Assembly (NCBI GenBank): GCA_937901475.1
Contig: CALGTL010000162.1
Span: 441 to 64,440, forward strand
Reading direction: 5' to 3'
From: an uncultured Dehalococcoidia bacterium
GTDB lineage: Bacteria > Chloroflexota > Dehalococcoidia > Lucifugimonadales > Australimonadaceae
Length of the DNA: 64,000 nucleotides
Numbering within the stretch: the stretch's first letter is position 1; every line of letters starts with the position of its first letter. This document shows positions 28,778 to 38,012 of the stretch, piece by piece. Both the position numbers and the translations under genes were made by a program. The notes below the pieces were generated by a model. The model saw only the letters and a program-made list of their open reading frames with translations, was not told the DNA's origin and did no database searches.

Positions 28778-29635
28778 ATGAAAATCGGCGCACATGTTTC
28801 CACATCTAAAAGCGCAGACTTGGCCATCGACCGTGCGGTAGAGATTGGGGCTGAGGCGGTCCAAGTCTTCGTGTCTCCTCCCCAATCATGGGGATTCAAA
28901 CCTCTTGATGAAAAGATTGCAGCAGACTTCAAAGCAAAGGCCCGCGAGTACAACATCGGACCCAATGTATTCCATGCCATCTATCTCGTCAGCCTCGGCT
29001 CCGACGATGACGCATTGATCAATCGAGGCATAAGCTCGTTGAAGAGGTACATGAACGCCGCAGGGGAATTAGATGCACTAGGGGTAATATTCCATCTCGG
29101 CTCCCACAAGGGCAAAGGCTTCGATGCTGTTAAGGCGAAAGTTGCTGAAGGGATACGCAATGTCCTTTCAGAATCACCCGATAACGTGTACTTGCTCTTG
29201 GAGAACAGCGCTGGCATGGGCAACCACATTGGCTCTAAATTTTCCGAGCTTGGCTCGATGCTCCGTGAGATTGATGACCGCCGCGTGCAGGTCTGCCTCG
29301 ACACGCAGCATAGCTTCGCCGCAGGCTACGACCTGAGGACGCCAGGAGCGGTAGCGGCGGCTATGGCCGAGTTCGATAAAGAGATCGGCCTGGAACACTT
29401 GAAGGCGGTGCACTGCAATGACTCCAAACCAGAACTCGGTGGCGCTGTGGACCGGCACGAAAACATAGGCGAAGGCACTATGGGTATCGGCGCTTTCGAG
29501 GCAATCATGGCCGACCCTTCCTTCCAGGAAGTGCCGTTCTACCTTGAGGTCCCAGGGTTCGAGGGCAAAGGCCCTGACAAGCAGAACATCGATTTGCTCA
29601 AGGGCATCCGCAAACTCGCTTCTCTGTCTAGTTGA
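28778..29635 (+). CDS. nfo: Deoxyribonuclease IV (endonuclease IV)
   Basis: 285 aa, with MKIGAHVS, HLGSH, LENSAGMG, CLDTQHSFAAGYD and HCNDSK...DRHENIGEG typical of Nfo. AAGGAG Shine-Dalgarno sequence. Confidence 0.92.
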   Translation: MKIGAHVSTSKSADLAIDRAVEIGAEAVQVFVSPPQSWGFKPLDEKIAADFKAKAREYNIGPNVFHAIYLVSLGSDDDALINRGISSLKRYMNAAGELDALGVIFHLGSHKGKGFDAVKAKVAEGIRNVLSESPDNVYLLLENSAGMGNHIGSKFSELGSMLREIDDRRVQVCLDTQHSFAAGYDLRTPGAVAAAMAEFDKEIGLEHLKAVHCNDSKPELGGAVDRHENIGEGTMGIGAFEAIMADPSFQEVPFYLEVPGFEGKGPDKQNIDLLKGIRKLASLSS

Positions 29636-29645
29636 GAATCGAAGC

Positions 29646-30011
29646 ATGCGTACACCAGAATTCGAGGCCCTCGTCAGAGAAGTAGTGGGGAACATCCCTG
29701 AGGTCTTCCTCAGGGTAATGACCAATGTCGACTTCCTCGTACGGCACCAGCCACTGAAGAGCCAGATTGAAGAAGCCGGTCTCGACGAAAACGAAAAACT
29801 ACTTGGGCTCTACGAGGGATTCCCGGTCACGGAAGCCTTCGACGGAAACATGGCCCCGCCAGACATAATCACAATATTCCAAGGGCCCATTGAAGAGATG
29901 TGCAAAAGCGAAGAGGAAATCAAGGAACAAGTGCGGCAGACGGTCATCCATGAGGTCTCGCACTTCTTCGGAATCAGCGATGCTCAACTCCATAGCTGGG
30001 GGCTCTACTAG
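29646..30011 (+). CDS. Small zinc metallopeptidase-like protein (DUF1025/zincin-like)
   Basis: HExxH motif in VIHEVSHFFGISD near the C-terminus. I use ATG 29646 (MRTPEFEAL...) because the track start at 29544 would overlap nfo. Confidence 0.7.
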   Translation: MRTPEFEALVREVVGNIPEVFLRVMTNVDFLVRHQPLKSQIEEAGLDENEKLLGLYEGFPVTEAFDGNMAPPDIITIFQGPIEEMCKSEEEIKEQVRQTVIHEVSHFFGISDAQLHSWGLY

Positions 30012-30069
30012 CCATTGTCTCCCTTTTGAAGCACCAGTAATCGGGGAAGAATCATGAGAGCACCAGGAT

Positions 30070-31125
30070 TTAGTTAATGCGCTCTGCCTTGAGGCGTTGC
30101 TCCGCGATCTCATCGGCCGCCTTCTTGGTGGTGATGCCCTCATCACGCGAGCGCTGAATCACACGTGTCACCGTGTCGAATATCTCACCAGCCTTTCTCA
30201 TCGCCCATTCTCGGCTGTAAGAGCCTGTGTACTCCGATGCTACGTTAATCACTCCTCCCGCATTCACAATGTAATCCGGTGCGTAAATAATCCCTCGCAA
30301 TCGTAACCGCTCCGCATCTGCACTCTCCTCGTGCAGCTGATTATTCGCGGCCCCGCACACAATAGGCGCCTGCAGCCGAGCAATTGTCTCCTCGTTCAGA
30401 ACACCACCCAATGCACACGGTGCAAACACGTCCGCTGCAACGTCGTAGATATCCTCAGCTCCCACTATCTCTACGCCAGGTAATTCGGCTGCCCGCGCCT
30501 TTGCTGCACCGTAGATATCTGTCACCACAAGCTTTACCCCTGCATCACGCAAATAAGACGCCAGCGACATCGCAACATTGCCGAAGCCTTGGACCGCAAC
30601 CGTCTTACCCTCCAGCGAATCAGTGCCCCATAGTGCGACCGCGCACGCACGCATGGCCTGGAATACACCGTAGCCAGTCACCACTGCAGGGTTACCACTC
30701 CCTCCCAAAGACTCAGGCAGCCCCAACACATGCTGCGTCTCGTGTGATATCCACTCCATTTCCTGAGCGGTCGCCCCCACGTCCTCGGTTGTCACATAGC
30801 GACCGTTCAAAGTCTCCACGAAGCGACCGTAGGAGCGGAACATTGCCTCGGTCTTATCCGTTCGTGGGTCGGCGACAACTAATCCTTTGCCACCACCGAA
30901 TGGCAACCCGGCCGCCGCTGACTTGTACGTCATCGCCTTTGACAGCCGCAATACATCCATGATCGCGTCATCATCGGTGGCATGTGGCCAAATGCGAGTT
31001 CCTCCCATAGATGGCCCCAGTTTGGTGTCATGAATAGCAATGAACGCCTTCAACCCCACAGCCGGATCAGTCCAAATAGCAAGTTCCTGGTGGCCATTCA
31101 CCTGCATGAATTCAATGAACTTCAT
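30070..31125 (-). CDS. Leucine dehydrogenase-type Glu/Leu/Phe/Val dehydrogenase
   Basis: AFIAIHDTKLGPSMGGTRIWP and PFGGGKGLV (catalytic Lys region), plus the NAD fold VAVQGFGNVA. ATG 31125 follows GGAGA. The track start at 31137 is a TTG four codons upstream. Confidence 0.85.
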   Translation of the reverse strand: MKFIEFMQVNGHQELAIWTDPAVGLKAFIAIHDTKLGPSMGGTRIWPHATDDDAIMDVLRLSKAMTYKSAAAGLPFGGGKGLVVADPRTDKTEAMFRSYGRFVETLNGRYVTTEDVGATAQEMEWISHETQHVLGLPESLGGSGNPAVVTGYGVFQAMRACAVALWGTDSLEGKTVAVQGFGNVAMSLASYLRDAGVKLVVTDIYGAAKARAAELPGVEIVGAEDIYDVAADVFAPCALGGVLNEETIARLQAPIVCGAANNQLHEESADAERLRLRGIIYAPDYIVNAGGVINVASEYTGSYSREWAMRKAGEIFDTVTRVIQRSRDEGITTKKAADEIAEQRLKAERIN

Positions 31126-31152
31126 CACTATCTCCAATCTGAAGAAAAAGAC

Positions 31153-32202
31153 CTAGCTAGTAAAAGTGTCCTTCGGGGCGTGGGGAGATGTGGTCCTTGG
31201 TTTACCCAAGAACGAGAGTCCCTCACGAGGTAGAACAAACAGAGCAATAACCACCGGGGGCAAGAACACTACTAGGTGCAAAACCAATCCATAGCCCAAA
31301 GCAAGCGCCTGTGGCACGCCCCAAATGCTAGCCAGTTCGACAACCGCAACCTCAAATGTCCCCAGCGCTCCTGGCAATCCGGGCATCGCCGTCGCGAAGA
31401 AAATTGCGCCAAAAATGAGAATTGTCGACTGTAGCATCGACAATTCCACTCCCATGCCATCGGCCAGCACGTAGGCCATAGGTCCTAGAACTAACCAATA
31501 CGCCGCAGTCAGCATCACAGTCCCCGAAAGGCGTCGCTTACGCGAAAGTAACATCGTCACAGCTTCATCGTAAGTATTGACTCCTGGGATACGGCGCATC
31601 AATGTGAATCGACGCGACAACCACCCCACATTCAACAGGGTCCCCAGAACCACTACGAACGCAAGGCCTGCAACAATAGCGGGCACCGCGCGAGCAGATA
31701 GCGTTGGCTCCACTGTTAGCGACACTGCCGCAAGCAGCAGCGTTACCCCAAGATCTTGCATGCGCGACATTACCAGCGTTGCCACCACCAAAGGGCCAGG
31801 AATGCGGTCGCGCAGCGTCAGCATCGCCAGCATCGCGGGCTCATCTAACAAGCGAATGGGTGACACGTTATTGAGCCCTAGGGAGGCATTCTCCACTAAA
31901 AACAACCGCGCCGTCCGCGCAGGATGTCCCACGAACAAGAATCGCCAGCGCAGCGCACGCAAGTAAGCAGATATCAACACCAACCCTAGCGCAATGCCCA
32001 CCGCCATTGGCGATGCGGCGGACAACTGCGTGCTAACGTCAGTCCAATCGATTCCTCGCGTAGCTACAGCTCCAAAAAAAAGTCCTATAGCGAAACCAAA
32101 TGGAACGATGACCTGCGGACGAGTCAGCATTATGGTGAACTTGAACAATCTTCTTTTCCTAGAAAATCTATGAGGAAATAGTGTGCGATGACTATTCCGC
32201 AT
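31153..32202 (-). CDS. UPF0104 / LPG-synthase-TM (MprF flippase-like) family membrane protein
   Basis: Multi-pass hydrophobic protein with the family-typical LRALRWRFLF segment after the second TM. I use ATG 32202, 13 nt after the upstream stop. The track start at 32346 would overlap the ATPase gene by 131 nt. Confidence 0.7.
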   Translation of the reverse strand: MRNSHRTLFPHRFSRKRRLFKFTIMLTRPQVIVPFGFAIGLFFGAVATRGIDWTDVSTQLSAASPMAVGIALGLVLISAYLRALRWRFLFVGHPARTARLFLVENASLGLNNVSPIRLLDEPAMLAMLTLRDRIPGPLVVATLVMSRMQDLGVTLLLAAVSLTVEPTLSARAVPAIVAGLAFVVVLGTLLNVGWLSRRFTLMRRIPGVNTYDEAVTMLLSRKRRLSGTVMLTAAYWLVLGPMAYVLADGMGVELSMLQSTILIFGAIFFATAMPGLPGALGTFEVAVVELASIWGVPQALALGYGLVLHLVVFLPPVVIALFVLPREGLSFLGKPRTTSPHAPKDTFTS

Positions 32203-32215
32203 AAACAAGTCAGGA

Positions 32216-33862
32216 TTACCCGAATAGGTCCTTCTTATCGCCAGGCCCCATAGGCCCACGACCATAGCCAGGTATCGACATCTCGGTGGCGAAATCCTGG
32301 TAATCACGTGTGCGTACCACGACCGGCATGCGTAACGCATGCCCAAACAACAGCGCTTGTTGCTGCGACTCCAACCGCGACAACACTCCCTTCAGCTCGC
32401 GTGAGCCAGGTGCACCCTTGAGCACCGCGTCAACATCCCGCTCGTTGTCGAGTTGGCAGGTGATACGCGTACCCAATTGACTCAGCACTTCTTCGTCAAT
32501 CCCTGAAGGGCGCTGATCGACCACCAACAGCGTCACGTGATACTTCCGCATCTCTCGCGCAATCGTCCCGAAAATAGTCTGGCTAGCAATCCCGCCGCTC
32601 AGGAAGCGGTGGGCTTCTTCAATAGTGATAACCAATGGGTCTGGTTGCTTTGCATCTGAGGCCAACGCCTCCTCTGTTCGCTTGCGATACTCCGCATGAA
32701 TTCGGCGCGTGATGAGATTTGCCACTAACACGTAGGCCATCTGGTCATTTCCATAGCGACCAAATTCCATAACCACATGCTTTCCGGACGCTAGGTGATC
32801 CAACACTTGCTTGACCGCGCCACCACCTGACGGCGCCTCTGGTTGGATGAATGCGATACGATCCAAATCACGCAATTTCCGACGGAGAGCTCCCAGCACA
32901 CCAGCGTGTTCCCCCTCAGAAGCAAGCCCCGCCATCGCACTCGCATCCATACCTAAAAACTCACCAATCCAGCGCTTCCCGTAGCGATCATAAAGTGTGT
33001 AGCAAGCGTTCACGCCAGCATCCGAAATACCCAGAGTCGAAGACAGTATCGCAATATCTTCAGGTTCGATCTCGTCGAGGCCTATTTTCACGTCATAATC
33101 AGGCGTTAAATTACGCCTTCGCGCAGACTCTAGATCCAGCGAGAACACCGACACACCGCTCTGCAATATCTGGCGTAGCCCTTTCACCGCATAGCCACTC
33201 TCCGAGGTCGCCTGCCAGCCATACTCAGAATGCATGTCGAAAATCAAGTGCGTCGCCAGCCCACGCTGGGCTATCGCCGTCAGCAGAATGCGGGTAAGGA
33301 AACTCTTGCCCGAGCCACTTTTCCCGAAAACCCCGTTGGAACGCTTCACCAATTCCTCAAGGTTCAAGCAAACCCGGGTGTCTTCCATGTCTAATGGGCT
33401 ACCGATATAGATGTGGGTTTTATCTTCTTCGCCAAAGATCATCTGCACGTCTTCATTCGTGGCTCGATTCACAGGAGCGAAGTGAGCTGGCAATGACCGT
33501 GCAGGCTGTGGCTCCTCCTCTCCCATGCCAGTCATCAGCATCGGCGTAACCTGAGCCTGGGCGAACGTTCCCGTGCCTGATAGCACTTCCGCCATTGCGG
33601 CATCCGCGTTTGCGATGTTCGAGGACAGTCGGCCGTCCGCACTCTCGAGCGACAAATCAGTGATGATGCCGAAGTAGCGGTGGCGCGTACCCTGAATCGT
33701 CACGAAGGTGCCCACCTTCGCATCTTCCACAGTGCCGTTGCCCGTCAGCCGTACATCCAATCCCTGCGACAGCGAGCCGCCAACGATGATTCCGATCTCT
33801 ACCGCCTCATCCTTTGGTGGCAAGGGCTCAGCGAGACCTAATTCTTCAAAGGCGTTGCTCAA
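32216..33862 (-). CDS. HerA/FtsK-superfamily ATPase (DUF87/HerA-like)
   Basis: 548 aa. N-terminal barrel-like segment (IGIIVGGSLSQGLDVRL...VGTFVTIQGTRHRYFGIITDLS), Walker A GVFGKSGSGKSF, Walker B-like LVITIEEAHRFL, and LLVVDQRPSGID. The TTG start overlaps the upstream TGA stop (TTGA). Confidence 0.8.
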   Translation of the reverse strand: MSNAFEELGLAEPLPPKDEAVEIGIIVGGSLSQGLDVRLTGNGTVEDAKVGTFVTIQGTRHRYFGIITDLSLESADGRLSSNIANADAAMAEVLSGTGTFAQAQVTPMLMTGMGEEEPQPARSLPAHFAPVNRATNEDVQMIFGEEDKTHIYIGSPLDMEDTRVCLNLEELVKRSNGVFGKSGSGKSFLTRILLTAIAQRGLATHLIFDMHSEYGWQATSESGYAVKGLRQILQSGVSVFSLDLESARRRNLTPDYDVKIGLDEIEPEDIAILSSTLGISDAGVNACYTLYDRYGKRWIGEFLGMDASAMAGLASEGEHAGVLGALRRKLRDLDRIAFIQPEAPSGGGAVKQVLDHLASGKHVVMEFGRYGNDQMAYVLVANLITRRIHAEYRKRTEEALASDAKQPDPLVITIEEAHRFLSGGIASQTIFGTIAREMRKYHVTLLVVDQRPSGIDEEVLSQLGTRITCQLDNERDVDAVLKGAPGSRELKGVLSRLESQQQALLFGHALRMPVVVRTRDYQDFATEMSIPGYGRGPMGPGDKKDLFG

Positions 33863-34482
33863 ATCGTGCCCTCGCCGATTGGCAAGCGCCGCACGATCGC
33901 ATTGATGCGCGCAGTATCCCCTGAAAGTTCCATGGCCACCGTTCGGCTTGCCGCGATCAGGAACGCTCGTGGGTCGTTGAACGCTTGCGATGCGTTGCGT
34001 AACGCCGCAGCCATAGCATCGTCGCCAGACCCACCAAATCCGGCGAGGAGGTACAGAAAATCCAATCGCGGAACCGCGCCAATGCCAAAGAAGCTGCGCA
34101 CTTCATCCGGGGTACAGGTGTAGAGGAATGTATGTATCCGTGGCGGTTGCGACGGTAGGTACTGGTGCACCACTCCGTTCGCCTCACGATGCCCGGTGAT
34201 CGCAATCTTCACGTCGGTACGTAATAATTTCTCAAGCTGTGGATGCGCCGCATAGATCTCTGCCTCTGTCTCCACTTCAGCACCTCGCGCGATCACCCGC
34301 CTCGACGGATCAAGCGCAGTCGTCGTGATACCGCTCACCACGCCGAACACGTCCTCGCCCGCCCGCACAAGCGTTCCCAGTGCAGGAGACTCGTACAATT
34401 GATGGCACTGCCCCATCAATTGCTCCACGGAGGCCTCGACCACCTCACCAAACCGCGTCGTTGGTATGTACTTACTCACCAT
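33859..34482 (-). CDS. Hypothetical protein; P-loop-less paralog of the HerA N-terminal region
   Basis: 207 aa. FGEVVEASVEQ...LGTLVRAGEDVFGVVSGIT and TCTPDEVRSFFG parallel the N-terminal roughly 170 residues of the adjacent ATPase (IGIIVGGSLSQ...VGTFVTIQG..YFGIITDLS; RATNEDVQMIFG). It has no Walker A motif. Confidence 0.5.
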   Translation of the reverse strand: MVSKYIPTTRFGEVVEASVEQLMGQCHQLYESPALGTLVRAGEDVFGVVSGITTTALDPSRRVIARGAEVETEAEIYAAHPQLEKLLRTDVKIAITGHREANGVVHQYLPSQPPRIHTFLYTCTPDEVRSFFGIGAVPRLDFLYLLAGFGGSGDDAMAAALRNASQAFNDPRAFLIAASRTVAMELSGDTARINAIVRRLPIGEGTI

Positions 34483-34797
34483 TCATCGATTGTCGCGGAG
34501 CGACGCTGCCAGCAGCAAGGGGGATTTGACCGCGCTCTGATAACCAACCCTCTCCTTTCGGATCATCAGTACGCCAGTGACCTTTAGGCCTGCAGCGAAG
34601 CCACGAGTTTCCAGGGTGAGGCGCGATTTGATTCACACCGAAGCACACCAATGAACCCTGGGACGTGATACTGTCATCCACGCTATAAGGCCCCGCCTCC
34701 GCATCCTGCTCACCGTAGTGATTAGTCGCATCATCGTGGTCTTCGGGACCATCATCACAGCCCGGCTCACTCGCCGGTAGATTCGAGAGACCAAACC

Positions 34798-35793
34798 TTG
34801 ACTGAGCAACAGCCAGCCCCCCAGGAAGCCACGCACTTCACCAAAGAACTACTTATAGATGCCATGCGCCACCTGACCGCTGACTTCGCTGCAGCTCAGT
34901 CTGGCGAAGCGGAGGATGAGCGTGCCATGTCGCGCCTCACCCATGCCCAGAAAATCGGACTCCACAAGCTCGCGCCTGAAGCAATCGCCGCAATGGAGAG
35001 TGCAATGGAAGCGGTCCGGGATTTAACATGGCCCGGCGGGCTTGATCAACGTTATCTGGGTCTCGTAGGCATCGTAGAGACGCTCGCCCGTATCAGTACT
35101 GAATTGCTACCACACAACGATAAAAGCGCGCACCTCACGGGCCTTATGCCTGTGATGCATGCAGCTTGGGTTGCCTCTGGTTTACGCCTACGAACTCGAC
35201 TTGCCGACCGCATGCGTGGGCTCTGTGTGGTCATAGATCCCCAGATGACCAAGGATCGCCCTGTAAGCGATATTGCCGAGCAAGTCCTCAAAGGAGGCGC
35301 CATTGCTATCCAGCTACGCGTAATGCCCCGCGACATCGACACAGCAGAACGGGTTCAAGAGTTATGCAGCGCCTCAGGAGCGCTCTTCATAATCCAAGAT
35401 CGCGTAGATATCGCGGCAGCCATCAAAGCAGACGGAGTCCGGCTTCCCGAAAACGGACTCTCTCTAGACGCCGTCCGCAAGGTATTGACTCCATGGCAGA
35501 TTGCAGGACCCTCCGCCACCACTGCGGACGAGGTACGAACCGCTATCGCTGCGGGCGCGGACTACGTTGCAGTGAGTACCGCGCGTGGCCTAGATCTCCT
35601 GCGAACTATCGGAATGCACGTCACCAAGGGCGGCCCTCCGTTGATTGCCTATCGTGGCGTCACGGCAAAGAACGCTGCGGAAATCGCCAATGCCGGCGCT
35701 GATGGATTCTGCGTGACCGCCACAGTTACCGAGTCTCCCGACCCGCAATTCGCTACTGCTAGGCTCATCGAAGCTTTCACGGAAGGCATGTAA
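34798..35793 (+). CDS. ThiE/TenI-superfamily (thiamine-phosphate synthase-like) protein with an N-terminal extension
   Basis: The C-terminal roughly 195 aa align by eye to ThiE (GGAIAIQLR, FIIQDRVDIAAAIKADGV, GADYVAVS, AGADGF). The first roughly 135 aa are an unrecognised helical region. The start is TTG 34798; the first in-frame ATG is at 34864. Confidence 0.65.
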   Translation: MTEQQPAPQEATHFTKELLIDAMRHLTADFAAAQSGEAEDERAMSRLTHAQKIGLHKLAPEAIAAMESAMEAVRDLTWPGGLDQRYLGLVGIVETLARISTELLPHNDKSAHLTGLMPVMHAAWVASGLRLRTRLADRMRGLCVVIDPQMTKDRPVSDIAEQVLKGGAIAIQLRVMPRDIDTAERVQELCSASGALFIIQDRVDIAAAIKADGVRLPENGLSLDAVRKVLTPWQIAGPSATTADEVRTAIAAGADYVAVSTARGLDLLRTIGMHVTKGGPPLIAYRGVTAKNAAEIANAGADGFCVTATVTESPDPQFATARLIEAFTEGM

Positions 35794-35795
35794 GC

Positions 35796-36827
35796 ATGCG
35801 TGTAGCTATTTTCTCGACCAAACCCTACGACAAAAGATTTTTCGATGAAGCAAATCAAAGGCTGATCGACAATGGAGGCCCATCGGCCGGGCATGAGATT
35901 GGCTATTTCGAGTCCCGGCTCACAGTGGAGTCGGTGTCCATCGCCTTCGGCATCCCCGCGGTATGCGTATTCACCAACGACGAAGTCGACCCGCAAGTAC
36001 TATCGATGCTCTCTGGTGGGGGAACCAAACTTGTCGCTTTACGTTGCGCCGGTTTCAACAATACAAACCTGGCCGAAGCCGCGCGATTAGGTATCACCAT
36101 CGCCCGCGTTCCTGCTTACTCACCAAATGCCGTCGCTGAGCACACCATCGGCCTTATGCTGGCGCTGAACAGGAAGTTCTACCGGGCTCACACTCGCGTC
36201 CGTGAAGGTAGTTTCGAGCTGGAAGGCCTCTTGGGGTTCAACCTTCACGGCAAAACTGTCGGAGTAATTGGCACTGGCCGCATCGGAGCAATCGTCTCCC
36301 AGATTCTCACCGGGTTCGGCTGCCGCGTGCTACTCAATGACCCTCGCCCCAATCAATCAATCACGAACTATGGAGCTGAGTACGTAGCCCTGGACACTCT
36401 TTTCAACGAGTCTGATGTGATCACTCTTCACTGCCCGCTCACACCTGAAACTAACCACATCATCAACCACGAAGCTCTCTCTAAGACCAAGCGAGGCGTA
36501 ATGCTTGTGAACACCAGCCGTGGGGCACTCATCGACCCCGCTGCCGCACTCGATGCCTTGAAGGCAGGGCAGCTCGGTTTCCTTGGGCTCGATATCTATG
36601 AAGAGGAGTCTGATTTCTTCTTCCATGACCTATCGGGGAAAGTCATCCCAGGCGAATTTTCCTCGCAACTTATGACCTTCCCCAACGCCCTCATCACAGG
36701 CCACCAAGCCTTCTTCACCACTGAGGCTATGACCGCAATCGCCGAAACCACTCTCAACAACCTCACCACTTTTGAGCGCGGTGAACCCCTCGGCCTCAAC
36801 GAAGTCACCATCGACATGATTCGCTAA
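35796..36827 (+). CDS. ldhA: D-lactate dehydrogenase (LdhA-type 2-hydroxyacid dehydrogenase)
   Basis: Resembles E. coli LdhA end to end: MRVAIFSTKPYDK, ALRCAGFNN, ARVPAYSPNAVAEH, VGVIGTGRIG, LHCPLTPET, NTSRGALID, TGHQAFFT. It starts 2 nt after the ThiE-like stop. Confidence 0.88.
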   Translation: MRVAIFSTKPYDKRFFDEANQRLIDNGGPSAGHEIGYFESRLTVESVSIAFGIPAVCVFTNDEVDPQVLSMLSGGGTKLVALRCAGFNNTNLAEAARLGITIARVPAYSPNAVAEHTIGLMLALNRKFYRAHTRVREGSFELEGLLGFNLHGKTVGVIGTGRIGAIVSQILTGFGCRVLLNDPRPNQSITNYGAEYVALDTLFNESDVITLHCPLTPETNHIINHEALSKTKRGVMLVNTSRGALIDPAAALDALKAGQLGFLGLDIYEEESDFFFHDLSGKVIPGEFSSQLMTFPNALITGHQAFFTTEAMTAIAETTLNNLTTFERGEPLGLNEVTIDMIR

Positions 36828-37118
36828 GCACTACGCCTCTACAGCAGGCGCCTATGCGCGAACCTGAATCTCTCTACCCGGCCAACGAGGGGGGGCGGGG
36901 GTTAAGCTAAAATCCAATCACTGTGCACTGGGAGTGATGCATGGTTTGAAGCAAGGCCATAACAGAACCGAGAAGTGGCGCTTATGCACCCAGAATCAAC
37001 TCGATTCCTAGGTAGGTTCACTGCCAATCCCTAGCGATTGCTGATCCTTCTCTTTCAGCCAGTGCTGTCGGAGGCAGGGAATTTACTGCTCCACAAATTT
37101 ATGTATACGGAGGCCATC

Positions 37119-38012
37119 ATGCGGGCAACGCTACGTCGTATCTATTTGTCCTCGCTACTCGTGATTACTGTTGCTTTAGTAGCCAATGCATGCTCAGCGA
37201 AGGGTGAGGCTGTTCTATACATCGGAGGGATACCTGATCAGGATGTTTCACTACTGGAAGCCCGGTTCGGTAGATTAGCCGAATATTTGGCTTATCAATT
37301 GAACGTGGAAGTGCAGTACTTGCCATCCAGTCACTATTCAGCATTAGTGACCGGATTCAAGAATAACGATCTCCAGTTGGGCTGGTTCGGAGGCCTGACT
37401 GGTGTGCAAGCGAGACTGGCCACACCCAATGCCCAGGCCTTAGCCCAACGACCCCGAGACGAGAATTTCCACTCCGTATTCGTGGCAGACCCAGCCCTTG
37501 GTTTATCTAACCTCACCCAAGTAGCAGGGTTATCGTTGACCTTCGGCAGCGAAAGTTCGACCTCTGGGCACCTGATGCCTAGGTCATTCTTGATTGATGC
37601 CGGAGTCGACCTCGAATCTGATTTGAATGGCCCTCCTTCTTACTCAGGGTCCCATGATGTGACCTGGAAACTCGTCGAATCGGGTGCATTTCACGTTGGT
37701 GCGTTGAACGAAGCAGTATGGGAAGCGCGTGTAGCTTCCCGCGAAGTCGACCTCACGAAGGTCGATGTGTTCTACCGAACTCCCCCTTACTATGACTATC
37801 ACTGGGTTGTCCGTGGTGACCTAGATGCTACGTTCGGAGAGGGAACGACCAAGCGGCTCCGTCAGGCTCTCCTTTCGATTGACACATCTCGCGGCGGCGA
37901 GGAAGCCGAGATTGCAGAAGCATTCCAAACCGACCGGTTCATCGCAACCAATAACGACAACTACAAGGCGATTGAAGAAATTGCAACCACGCTCGGCATC
38001 ATTGAACGTTAG
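37119..38012 (+). CDS. phnD: Phosphonate/phosphite-type ABC transporter substrate-binding lipoprotein (PhnD family)
   Basis: ATG 37119 follows GGAGG. Lipoprotein-like signal LLVITVALVANAC. PhnD-like GGIPDQD...YSALVTGFKNNDLQLGWFGG. Confidence 0.85.
   Translation: MRATLRRIYLSSLLVITVALVANACSAKGEAVLYIGGIPDQDVSLLEARFGRLAEYLAYQLNVEVQYLPSSHYSALVTGFKNNDLQLGWFGGLTGVQARLATPNAQALAQRPRDENFHSVFVADPALGLSNLTQVAGLSLTFGSESSTSGHLMPRSFLIDAGVDLESDLNGPPSYSGSHDVTWKLVESGAFHVGALNEAVWEARVASREVDLTKVDVFYRTPPYYDYHWVVRGDLDATFGEGTTKRLRQALLSIDTSRGGEEAEIAEAFQTDRFIATNNDNYKAIEEIATTLGIIER

Noticed and set aside
32203-32346. The longer version of the UPF0104 membrane-protein ORF starting at 32346.
   Set aside because: It would overlap the HerA-like gene by 131 nt. 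The extra 48 codons are Arg/Cys/Trp-rich with no membrane character. ATG 32202, just after the upstream stop, is the more plausible start.
34517-34600. TPP (THI-box) riboswitch-like words upstream of the ThiE-like gene: GGGGGA...CUGAUAACC..ACCC...GAUCAUCAGUACGCCAGUG.
   Set aside because: The order of the words loosely resembles a THI element. However, I cannot form the P4/P5 stem: there is no CUGG to pair with CCAG. The CUGAGA core is also altered, and the element would sit about 200 nt from the start codon. I treat it as chance similarity unless an Infernal RF00059 scan says otherwise.
35796-36827. The idea that the 2-hydroxyacid dehydrogenase next to the phn transporter could be a phosphite dehydrogenase (PtxD), forming a ptx-like locus.
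   Set aside because: The protein tracks E. coli LdhA almost block by block (MRVAIFSTKPYDK, ALRCAGFNN, LHCPLTPET, TGHQAFFT). It is separated from phnD by a 291-nt gap, and it is coupled to the upstream ThiE-like gene rather than to the transporter.
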